A stretch of 34,706 nucleotides of DNA, from NCBI RefSeq assembly GCF_006345805.1, contig NW_021833318.1, forward strand, positions 1 to 34,706, in the 5' to 3' direction. The DNA is from Octopus sinensis (lineage: Eukaryota). The notes beneath the pieces were generated by a model, which was given only the letters and a program-made list of their open reading frames with translations, did not search any database and was not told where the DNA came from. Within the stretch, counting starts at the first letter, position 1. Each line of letters starts with the position of its first letter. A program made the translations under genes and the position numbers. Shown piece by piece: positions 9,634-22,104 of the stretch.

Positions 9634-10692
9634 ATGTATGTATGTATATATGTATGTATGTATGTATGCATGTATGCATGTATCTATGTATGTATGTATG
9701 TATGCATGTATGTATGTATGTATGTATGTATGCATGTATATATGTATGTATGTATGTGTGTATGTATGTAATGTATGTATGTATGTATGTATGTATGCAT
9801 GCATGCATGTATGTATGTATGTATGTATGTATGCATGTATGTATGCATGTATGTATGTATGTATGTATGTATGTATGTATGTATGCATGTATATATATGT
9901 ATGTATGTGTGTATGTATGTAATGTATGTATGTATGTATGCATGCATGCATGTATGTATGTATGTATGTATGTATGTATGTATGTATGTATGTATGCATG
10001 TATGTATGTATGTATGCATGCATGTATGTATGCATGTATATATGTATGCATGTATGTATGTGTGTATGTATGTAATGTATGTATGTATGTATGTATGTAT
10101 GTATGCATGTATGTGTGTATGTATGTTTGTATGTATGTATGTATGTATGTATGTATGTATGTATGTATGTATGTATGTATGTATGCATGCATGTATGCAT
10201 GCATGTATATGTTTGTATGTATGCATGTATGTATGTATGTATGTATGTATGCATGTATGTATGTATGTATGTATGTATGCATGCATGTATATATGTATGT
10301 ATGTATGTATGTGTGTATGTATGTATGTATGCATGTATATATGTATGTATGTATGTGTGTATGTATGTAATGTATGTATGTATGTATGTATGTATGTATG
10401 CATGCATGCATGTATGTATGTATGTATGTATGCATGCATGTATGTATGTATGCATGCATGTATGTATGCATGTATATATGCATGTATGTATGTATGTATG
10501 TGTGTATGTATGTAATGTATGTATGTATGCATGTATGTAGTATGTATGTATGCATGTATGTATGTATGTATGTATGCATGCATGTATGTATGTATGTATG
10601 TATGTATGTATGTATGTATGTATGTATGTATGTATGTTTGTATGTATGTATGCATGTATGTATGTATGTATGCATGCATGTATGTATGCATG

Positions 10693-10726
<34 letters not shown>

Positions 10727-11306
10727 TGCATGTATGTATGTATGTATGTATGTATGCATGTATGTATGTATGTATGCATGCATGTATGTATGCATGCATG
10801 TATGTATGTATGTATGTATGTATGTATGTATGCATGTATGTATGTATGTATGCATGCATGTATGTCTGCATGTATATATGTATGTATGCATGCATGTATG
10901 TATGTATGTATGTGTGTATGTATGTAATGTATGTATGTATGCATGCATGTATGTATGTATGTATGCATGCATGTATGTATGCATGTATGTATGTATGTAT
11001 GTATGTATGTATGTATACATGTATGTATGTATGCATGCATGTATGTATGTATGTATGTATGTATGTATGTATGCATGTATGTATGTATGTATGCATGCAT
11101 GTATGTATGCATGTATATATGTATGTATGTATGCATGTATGCATGCATGTATGTATGTATGTATGTATGTATGCATGCATGTATGTATGTATGTATGTAT
11201 GTATGTATGTATGCATGTATGTATGTATGTATGCATGCATGTATGTATGCATGTATATATGTATGTGTGTATGTATGTAATGTATGTATGTATGTATGTA
11301 TGCATG

Positions 11307-11337
<31 letters not shown>

Positions 11338-11576
11338 TGTATGTATGTATGTATGCATGCATGTATGTATGCATGCATGTATGTATGTATGTATGCATGC
11401 ATGTATGTATGTATGTATGTATGTATGTGTGTATGTATGTAATGTATGTATGTATGCATGTATGTATGTATGTATGCATGCATGTATGTATGCATGTATG
11501 TATGTATGTATGTATGTATGTATGTATGTATGTATGTATGCATGTATGTATGTATGTAAGTATGTATGCATGCATG

Positions 11577-11608
<32 letters not shown>

Positions 11609-11842
11609 CATGTATGTATGTATGTATGCATGCATGTATGTATGCATGTAGATATGTATGTATGTATGTATGTATGCATGCATGTATGTATGTATGCATG
11701 CATGTATGTATGTATGCATGCATGTATGTATGTATGTATGTATGTATGTATGTATGTATGTATGCATGCATGTATGTATGCATGTATATATGTATGTATG
11801 TATGTGTGTATGTATGTAATGTATGTATGTATGTATGTAATG

Positions 11843-11873
<31 letters not shown>

Positions 11874-14800
11874 TGTATGTATGTATGTATGTAGGTATGC
11901 ATGTATGTATGTATGCATGCATGTATGTATGTATGTATGTATGTAATGTATGTATGTATGTATGCATGTATGTATGTATGTATGCATGCATGTATGTATG
12001 CATGTATATATGTATGTATGTATGTATGTGTGTATGTATGTAATGTATGTATGTATGTATGTAATGTATGTATGTATGTATGTATGCATGTATGTATGTA
12101 TGTATGTAATGTATGTATGTATGTATGTATGTATGCATGTATGTATGTATGTATGTATGCATGTATGTATGTATGTATGCATGCATGTATGTATGCATGT
12201 ATATATGTATGTATGTATGTATGTGTGTATGTATGTAATGTATGTATGTATGTATGTAATGTATGTATGTATGTATGTATGCATGTATGTATGTATGTAT
12301 GTATGCATGCATGTATGTATGTATGTATGTATACATGTATGTATGTATGTATGTATGTATGCATGCATGTATGTATGTATGTATGTATGTATGTATGTAT
12401 GTATGCATGTGTGTATGTATGTATGTATGTATGTGTGTATGTATGTATGTATGCATGTATGCATGTATGTATGTATGTATGTATGTATGTATGTATGTAT
12501 GCATGCATGCATGTATGTATGTATGTATGTATGTATGCATGTATGTATGTATGTATGTATGCATGCATGTATGTATGTATGTGTGTATGTATGTATGTAT
12601 ACATGCATGTATGTATGTATGTGTGTATGTATGTATGTATGCATGCATGTATGTATGTATGTATGTATGCATGCATGTATGTATGTATGTATGTATGTAT
12701 GCATGCATGTATATATGTATGTGTGTATGTATGTATGTATGTATGCATGCATGTATGTATGTATGTATGTATGTATGTATGTATGTATGTATGCATGCAT
12801 GTATGTATGTATGCATGCATGTATGTATGTATGTATGTATGTATGTATGCATGTATGTATGTATGTATGTATGCATGCATGTATGTATGTATGTATGTAT
12901 GTATGTATGCATGCATGTATGTATGTATGTGTGTATGTATGTATGTATGTATGTGTGTATGTATGTATGTATGCATGCATGTATGTATGTATGCATGTAT
13001 GTATGTATGTATGCATGCATGTATGTATGTACGTATGTATGTATGTATCTATGCATGCATGTATGTATGTGTGTGTATGTATGTATGTATGTATGTATGT
13101 ATGTATGCATGTATGTATGTATGTATGTATGTATGCATGCATTTATGTATGTATGTGTGTATGTATGTATGTATGCATGCATGTATGTATGCATGTATGT
13201 ATGTATGTATGCATGTATGTATGTATGTATGTATGTATGTATGTATGTATGTATGTATGTATGCATGTATGTGTGTATGTATGTATATATGCATGCATGT
13301 ATGTATGTATGTATGTATGTATGTATGTATGTATGTATGTATGTATGTATGTATGTATGTATGTATGTATGTATGCATGCATGCATGCATGTATGTATGT
13401 ATGTATGCATGTATGTATGTATGTATGTATGCATGCATGTATGTATGTATGTGTGTATGTATGTATGTATGCATGCATGTATGTATGTATGTATGTATGT
13501 ATGTATGTATGTATGCATGTATGTATGTATGCATGCATGCATTTATGTATGTATGTATGTATGTATGCATGCATTTATGTATGTATGTATGTATGTATGC
13601 ATGCATGTATGTATGCATGCATGTATGTATGTATGTATGTATGTATGTATGTATGTATGTATGTATGCATGTATGTATGTATGCATGCATGTATGTATGT
13701 ATGTATGTATGCATGCATGCATGCATGCATGTATGTATGTATGTATGTATGTATGTATGTATGCATGCATGTATGTATGCATGTATGTATGTATGTATGT
13801 ATGTATGTATGCATGCATGTATGTATGTATGTATGCATGTATGTATGTATGTATGTATGCATGTATGTATGTATGCATGCATGTATGTATGTATGTATGT
13901 ATGTATGTATGCATGCATGTATGTATGCATGCATGTATGTATGTATGTATGTATGTATGTATGCATGCATGCATGTATGTATGTATGCATGCATGTATGT
14001 ATGTATGTATGTATGTATGTATGTATGTATGTATTTATGTATGTATGTATGTATGTATGTATGCATGTATGTATGTATGTATGCATACATGTATGTATCC
14101 ATGTATGTATGTATGTATGTATGCATGCATGTATGTATGTATGTATGCATGTATGCATGCATGTATGTATGTATGTATGTATGTATGTATGTATGCATGC
14201 ATGTATGTATGTATGTATGCATGCATGCATGCATGCATGCATGCATGCATGTATGTATGTATGTATGTATGTATGTATGCATGCATGCATGTATGTATGC
14301 ATGCATGCATGTATGTATGTATGTATGTATGCATGCATGTATGTATGCATGCATGTATGTATGTATGTATGTATGTATGTATGTATGTATGTATGTATGC
14401 ATGCATGTATGTATGTATGCATGCATGTATGTATGTATGTATGTATGTATGTATGCATGTATGCATGCATGTATGTATGTATGCATGTATGTATGTATGT
14501 ATGTATGTATGCATGTATGTATGTATGTATGCATGCATGTATGTATGTATGTATGTATGTATGTATGTATGTATGCATGCATGTATGTATGTATGTATGT
14601 ATGTATGTATGTATGCATGCATGTATGTATGTATGTATGTATGTATGTATTTATGCATGTATGTATGTATGTATGCATGCATGTATGTATGTATGTATGT
14701 ATGTATGCATGTATGTATGTATGTATGTATGTATGTATGCATGCATGTATGTATGTATACATGCATGTATGTATGTATGTATGTATGTATGTATGTATGT

Positions 14801-15117
14801 ATGCATGTATGTATGTATGTATGTATGCATGCATGTATGTATGTATGTATGTATGCATGTATGTATGTATGTATGCACGCATGTATGTATGTATGTATGT
14901 ATGTATGCATGTATGCATGTATGTATGTATGTATGTATGTATGTATGTATGTATGCATGCATGTATGTATGTATGTATGTATGTATGTATGCATGTATGT
15001 ATGTATGTATGTATGCATGTATGTATGTATGTATGTATGTATGCATGTATGTATGTATGTATGTATGTATGTATGTATGCATGTATGTATGTATGTACGT
15101 ATGCATGTATGTATGTG
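9634..15117. repeat. About 5.5-kb (TATG/CATG)n satellite
   Basis: Direct. It accounts for all the MYVC/HTYI ORFs in the track. Confidence 0.98.
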
Positions 15118-15781
15118 CAGAGATATATCACCATCGCCACCCCCGTTGTCATTAATCCCGTCTTCACAGCTATCGCTATCGTCAATTTCTGCTGAAACAG
15201 TAAAAACGAGATGAAGGGTTTGTCTGCTTCAAACAAGACAAACACTGGACAAGACAAACACTAGAGAAGTGCATTGCACATATGTACATGCACATAGGCA
15301 CACACAACACACACATACGCTGACACACATACGCACACCACCCTCACAATTTATAAAGGTGTATTGCATGTGTGTATAAATATGTGTGTGTGTGTGTGTG
15401 TGTGTTTCTACGCCTGTGTAGATTTGAGTTTACGACTCGAGAACGGTCTAGAGTAAATATTTACGCATTGTAATTCTGCGAATTAGTCATAGTTCTGTCA
15501 AAAGCACAGAGAGCGATCAAACGTTAAACCAGATACTCTGAGGAGCGACAGGGAATGGTCTCATATCTGCAAAATATGTGTGCATGCGTGCATGTGTGTG
15601 TGGTGAATTATATGTGTATATATCAATGTGTGTGTGTGTCTATGTGTGTGTGTATGTGTGTGAGTGGGTGGATGTGGGTTTGTTGTTATTTATGTGTATA
15701 TGTGTATATATGAACATATATGTGAATATGCGTGTGCACATGGGTGGTTGTGCGTGTGTAGTTAGTTATTTGTGTGTGTGT

Positions 15782-16143
15782 GTGGAAACGCAATGGCCCA
15801 GTAGTTAGAACACCGGACTCGCGGTTTCGATTCCCAGGCGGGGCGTTGTGAGTGTTTATTGTGCGAAAACACCTAAAGTTCCACGATGCTCCGGCAAGGT
15901 GGTGGTGGTGGCAAACCCTGCCGAATTCTTTCACCACAACTTTCTCTCACTCTTTCTTACTATTTCTGTTGTACCTGTATTTCAAAGGGGCCAGCCTCTG
16001 TGTCACGCTGAATCTCCCCAAGAACTACGTTAAGGGTTCACGTATCTGTAGAGCGCTCAGTCACTTGCACGTTAATTTCACGAGCAGGCCGTTCCGTTGA
16101 TCGGATCAACTGAAACTCTCGTCGTTGTAACCGATGGAGTGCC
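15782..16143 (+). mobile_element. tRNA-derived SINE family C (Deu/Nin-like central motif)
   Basis: Head GTGGAAACGCAATGGCCCAGTAG, GGTTTCGATTCCC B box, CACTTGCACGTTAA motif. Related to 17919-18110. Confidence 0.75.
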
Positions 16144-16172
16144 GAAGATTTGTGTGTGTGTATATATATATA

Positions 16173-17835
16173 CGAAGGGATACCCAAAAGATACCGGAAT
16201 TTTGCAATATTATTTTATTCGATGCTTTTACTGCTTTCAAAGTATTCTCCATTTGAAGCAATGCGTCAGTCCAAACGCGTTTTCCATTGTTCGAAGCAGT
16301 CCTGAAACTCTTGCGAAGTGACGCCTGCTGGGGTTTTTTTTTTCTTCGCCTCTTCCACCATTAGCAAAACGGTTTTCTTTAAGAAAACAAAGGCGGCGAG
16401 CTGGCAGAATCGTTAGCACACCGGGCAAAATGCTTAGCGATATTTCGTCTGCTGTTACGTTCTGAGTTCAAATTCCGCCGAGGTCGACTTTGCCTTTCAT
16501 CCTTTCGGGGTCGATAAATTAAGTACCAGTTTCGCACTGGGGTCGATATAATCGACTTAATACCTTTGTCTGTCCTTGTTTGTCCCCTCTGTTTTTAGCC
16601 CCTTGTGGGTAGTAAAGAAATAGGTATTTCGTCTGCTGTTACGTTCTGAGTTCAAATTCCACCGAGGTCGACTTTGCCTTTCATCCTTTCGGGGTCAATA
16701 AATTAAGTACCAGTTACGCACTAGGGTCGATGTTATCGACTTAATACCTTTGTCTGTCCTTGTTTGTCCTCTCTGTGTTTAGCCCCTTGTGGGTAGTAAA
16801 GAAATAGGTTTTCTTTAAGAACATTTTTCATTGGGAAGAATTTAAAAAATGTCACAGGGAGCAAAATTGGGTGAATAGGGAGAGCGGGTAAGCGGGGTCA
16901 TGCCATTTTTTGGCCAAAAGCTGTCTCACACTCAAAGAGGTGTGCGTAGGCGCATTGTCATGATGAAACCACCACTGTCCACTTTTCCACAGGTCGGGCC
17001 TTTTCCGTCTCACTGCGTCCCGCAAATGGTTCAGAAGTACCAAGTAAAATGTCTGGTTAACAGTTTGACCGGAAGGAACAAGTTGTGTGTGGACAATACC
17101 TTTCGCACCGATAGAACAAATCAGCATCGTGTTGACATTGGACTTCGCTTGATTCGCTTTTGGGGTGCGTGGTTCCGTTGACTTCGTTGCTGCTTCGTTT
17201 CCGGGTCGTAGACGCCGTAGCACCAGCTTTTGTCACCGGTGTTGGCCTTCGAGAAAAGGTACTGGTTAACCTCCACCTGTTCTTTCAGTTCACTACACGC
17301 ATTTAGACGTGACTACTTTTGATCTCCAGTGAGCAGGCGAGGCACAAATTTTGCTGCAACTCTTCATTCGCAATCCCTCACTCAAAATACATCGGCAGGA
17401 GCTCTAGGACACACCAGTCATAGCAACAAGTTCGTCAATTGTTTGGTGACGATCCTCCCAGATCAGTTCAAGAATTTTCGCGATGTTTTCATTTGTTCGG
17501 GAGGTCGACGGTCGCCTTGAATGAGGTTGGTCTTCAAGCGATAAGTAACCATTTCTAGAGCGTGAAACTCACTCGTAAACTTGTATTTTGCCCATGGCAG
17601 CGTCTTTGAAAGCAGTTTGAGGCATGACAACTGTTTCAACCGCCGTTTTCCCCGGCAGAAAACAGAATCACGCGGAAGCATGCTGTTCCTTCATTTCAGC
17701 CATTGTAAAAACCGACAAAGAGAGGAGAAGCACGGCAAAGCAAAGACGCACCACGTGGCAGCACGACTTCAGCCGACGGCGCCGGTTGGCAGACAAGTGG
17801 CTTCTAGTTGCAGAAGCCTGAACTACAATGGTTAA
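16173..17835 (-). mobile_element. Mariner (DD34D) DNA transposon; transposase pseudogene 17703 to 16215, interrupted by a SINE; one TIR present
   Basis: MAEMKEQH..FCFLPGKTAVET..., TGDKSWC, WWFHHDNAPTH, SPYSPNFAPCD (34-residue spacing after correcting a frameshift), NGEYFE. TA|CGAAGGGATACCCAAAAGATACCGGAAT TIR at 16171-16200. Coding length is about 1050 nt after removing the insert. Confidence 0.9.
16392..16806 (+). mobile_element. tRNA-derived SINE family B (Meta-domain-like) with a duplicated 184-bp body inside a 15-bp TSD
   Basis: Head GGCGGCGAGCTGGCAGAATCG, GAGTTCAAATTCC B box. Body units at 16441-16624 and 16625-16808. TSD GGTTTTCTTTAAGAA at 16371-16385 and 16807-16821. Confidence 0.9.
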
Positions 17836-17915
17836 CAGCGGCAGCAGCGGCAGCAGCGGCAGCAGCGGCAGCAGCGGCAGCAGCGGCAGCAGCGGCAGCA
17901 GCGGCAGCAGCGGCA
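17836..17915. repeat. (CAGCGGCAG)n 9-bp minisatellite, about 9 copies
   Basis: Direct. Source of the poly-Ala and SSG ORFs. Confidence 0.95.
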
Positions 17916-17918
17916 CCG

Positions 17919-18110
17919 GTGGAGGCGCAATGGCCCAGTGGTTCGGGCAGCGGACTCGCGGTCGTAAGAACACGGTTTCGATTCCCAGACCGGGCATTGA
18001 GAGTGTTTATTGAGCAAAAACACCTAAGCTCCACGAGGCTTCGGTGGGAGTGGGTGGTGAACCCCGCTGTACTCTTTCACCACAACTTTCTCTCTCTCTT
18101 CCTTCCTACT
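17919..18110 (+). mobile_element. SINE family C, 5' half
   Basis: GTGGAGGCGCAATGGCCCAGTGGTT head and GGTTTCGATTCCC. Aligns to 15782-15960. Confidence 0.8.
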
Positions 18111-18398
18111 TCTGCCACAAAGCAGAGGAACCATGGTGTAACCCACTATGGCTTGGTAAACTTTCAAGCCCTAGTCCAGATTGCGAACCCTCTGTACCCC
18201 CAGGATAGTTCAGCTCTCCATCCGTCAAAAGCCACCATTTATGGAATGAGGATAACAACGTAGCTTTCGCGCCCGTGCAACCGCCAGTCTATGGCGTGTG
18301 GTGGGTGGATCTTCAAGTTGCCACACGCTTTCTTAGCAGCTTAGAATAGGCTCGAATTAGAGATTATTCTATGTGGCTAATGGAGTGAGTCCTGATTG

Positions 18399-18490
18399 GA
18401 AGAAGAAGAAGAAGAAGAAGAAGAAGAAGAAGAAGAAGAAGAAGAAAAAAGAAGAGGAAGAGGAGGAGGAGAAAGAGAACGAAGAAGAAG
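18399..18490. repeat. (GAA)n/(GAG)n tract
   Basis: Direct. Confidence 0.9.
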
Positions 18491-18530
18491 AAACACCTTG
18501 CCTACCACTGGCAATACTGCTAACATTATA

Positions 18531-18930
18531 CTCATCATCATCATCATCATCCACATCATTGTCGTTGTCATCAGCATCATCGACATTGTAGTAGTCGTTG
18601 TCGCCGTCGTCGTCGTCGTCATCATCGTCACCATCATCATCGCCATCGTCATCATCATTGTCGTCGTCGTCATCATCATCATCGTCGTCATCATCATCAT
18701 TATCATCATCTTTGCTGTCGTCATCGTCTTCATCATCATCGTCACCATCATCATCGCCATTGTCATCATCATCGTCGTCGTCGTCATCATCATCATCATC
18801 ATCGTCATCATCATTTTCGCCGTCGTCATCATCATCATCATCATCATCATCGTTGTCATCATTATCATTATCATCACCTTTGCTGTCGTCATCATCGTCA
18901 TCATCATCATCGTCATCATCATCATCATCG

Positions 18931-18977
<47 letters not shown>

Positions 18978-19200
18978 TTTACTGTCGTCATCGTCATCAT
19001 CATCGTCGTCGTCGTCATCATCATCGTCGTCGTCACCATCATCGTCGTCGTCATCATCATCATCATCGTCGTCGTCATCATCATCGCCATCGTCACCATC
19101 ATCATCGTCGTCGTCATCATCATCATCATCGCCCTCATCATCATCATCATCGTCGCCGTCATTATCTTCATCACTATCATCACCATCAGCATCACCGTTA
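18531..19200. repeat. Degenerate (ATC/GTC)n trinucleotide tract, read as poly-Asp on the minus strand
   Basis: Direct. Coding status is unresolved (see findings). Confidence 0.9.
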
Positions 19201-20327
19201 CTGTCCTGGCAATGTTCCTTACGACTCGTATAGCCGCTCCCAGTACATGACCATGCAGAAAGACTATTTAGTTTCCGTAGGAGGAAATACAAAGCCAAAA
19301 GAAGAAAAGGGGTGACCAAGGTGAGCAGAGAGAAAGAGAAAAAGAGGGGGGTAAAGAGGAGAAAAGAGAAAGAGGAAAAATCGACAAACAAAGTGGGAGG
19401 CGGATGTGTATGCATATGTGAATTAGAATATGTGTATATGTATGTAAGTGTGTGTGTCTCTACATATGTGTGTTTGTACTTATGTATGTTTGTACTTTAG
19501 AGTAAAAAGCAGAAGGTAGAAGGACGGGAACATGAGAGAGAGAGAGAGGCGGGAGAAGAGTCAGACAGAGAGACAGAGGGGCAGACGGACAAAAAGAGAA
19601 AAGGGGAAGAGGGAGAGAAAAAGGAAGAGAGAGAGAGAGAGAGAGAGAGACTGAATTAGATAAACACTGAGAAAGAAAGACGGACATGTGAAGAAAATGG
19701 AGACGGACAGTAACGTGTGAAAAATACATCAGCGTTTGCATGGATGAGAAAAAAGAGAAAGAGACGGAAACAGACAGAGTGAGTATTTGTGTGTGTGTGT
19801 ATGTATGTGTGTGTGTGTGCGCGTGTGTGTGTATATAGGCGTGTGTATGTGTGTGTATGTGTGAGTGTGTGTAAGCAAATGGTTTTGTTTAAAGCAGAAG
19901 ATAAAAGCAAATTGTTATATTTACATTGTTTGTCTGTCGTCTGCAAAGTTTTAAGACAACGAGCTGGTAAGTCGTCTGCTCTTTCCAAATTTTTATCATT
20001 GTCATTTGCATCCTGTTTCGTCCTTTGTGTTGTATGGCCTTCAAAAAACGGTCGCCATTAGTTCTGTCGCTGTTGTTACCCATTGTCCGTTTTTGTTGCT
20101 GCTATTGCCTATTGTTGAATATATATATATATATATATATATGCTAGTAAAATTATTTCTTGAACATGATGGATAGCAGAGTCACTAGATCGACGATCTC
20201 AATATAATGGAGTATTCAAATGCGGTCCTTTACGTTCTGTGTTCAAGTTCCACTGGAGTCGAATTTACTTTAATTTAGCATTCGTCCTTCTGGGATCGTT
20301 TCCGAGGCGATTTATCTATATATATAA

Positions 20328-20387
<60 letters not shown>

Positions 20388-20476
20388 TATATTATTATAT
20401 AATATATATAATATAAAAAATATATGTATATATATTATATGTATGTATGTATATATTATATAGAGATATTATATAA

Positions 20477-20530
<54 letters not shown>

Positions 20531-20534
<4 letters not shown>

Positions 20535-20669
20535 CTTTTACTCCCCAAGGGGCTAAACACAGAGGGGACAAACAAGGACAGACAAAGGGATTACATCGAC
20601 CCCAGTGCATAACTGGTACATAATTTTCGACCCCGAAAGGATGAAAGCAAAGTAGACCTCGGCAGAATA
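20531..20669 (-). mobile_element. SINE family B body fragment
   Basis: Reverse complement of the 16470-16620 module. Confidence 0.85.
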
Positions 20670-20673
20670 TATA

Positions 20674-20720
<47 letters not shown>

Positions 20721-21354
20721 TATATATATATACATATATTATATATATATATACATATATATACATATATTATATATAGATATTTTATATATATATATAC
20801 ATTATATTATATATATATATATATTATATATATATATTATATATATATTATATATATTGTGTGTATATATATATTATATATTATATATATATATGTGTGG
20901 TGTGTGTGTGTGTGTGTGTTGTGTGTGTGTGTACACTGACACATGTGTGCGTTCGGTATAGTTCTTGAACTTTCTCGATCCTAGAGGGCTGTTCATTCTC
21001 AAATATTGTTTCCAGACCCATATAGTTAACAGGTCAGCATATAGACCGACACCACGGGCCATTTTCTCCGAGAGAGCTCTCTTCGTTTCTCTTTCCTCCT
21101 CTCTTTGCATCATACACCCTACGCAGAAAAGGAAAGATGTCCGAAATGTCGTGGTACTATTAACAGTCTCCATTTCTCCAAGTGCTAATATGATAATTTT
21201 GATTATGAACTTTTCTTGTCTTTTTGTTTTTCAGTTTCTGTCCTTTGTTCTCCCTCCCTCCCTCCCCCTACCCCACTCCTCTCTCTCTCTCCCTTTATAC
21301 TTATTATATAGATAGAGACACATACACACACACAATATGTATATATACGTATGT

Positions 21355-21415
<61 letters not shown>

Positions 21416-22104
21416 TATTCATATATGTATATATATATGCATATTCAATATATGTATATATGCATATACAATATGTATATATATGCATATATATAGGTTT
21501 GTGTATATATATATATATGCACATATGTATATATATATATGTATATATACATTTATATATATATATATATATATACATATATACATGCATATATATGTAT
21601 ATATATGCATGTATATATGCATATATATGTATGTGTGTATGTGTGTGTATATATATATATATGCATATATGTGTGTATATATATATGTATAAATATGCAT
21701 ATATATAGATAGATATATGTATATATGTATATGCATATATATAAATATATATATATGTGTGTATATATATGCATATATATACATATTTATATATATACAT
21801 ACATAGCAATGAATAGTTGTATTCAAAGCAATGATTAGTAACTTACGAAACCGGTATGCTTGAATCTCTTTAACAATTTCACAATAATGACTTTCATTTC
21901 TTTTATTCCTACCTCAGTTCATCCAATTGTATATATCTTTCGTTACTTTGCATAAAAAGCCTTTACTTTTTTTATTTACAATGTGCATTTTCGGTTCTTT
22001 TTCTTACTTTCCCTTTACATTACTACGTGTAGTTTCTATTTTCTTTTTGTAACATTTTTCTATTATATATGCATATATAGATATATATATGTATATATAT
22101 ATAT

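Noticed and set aside
9541-15257. Very long ORFs (up to 1333 aa) of MYVC/HTYI repeats
   Set aside because: They are translations of the (TATG/CATG)n satellite, which lacks stop codons in every frame on both strands.
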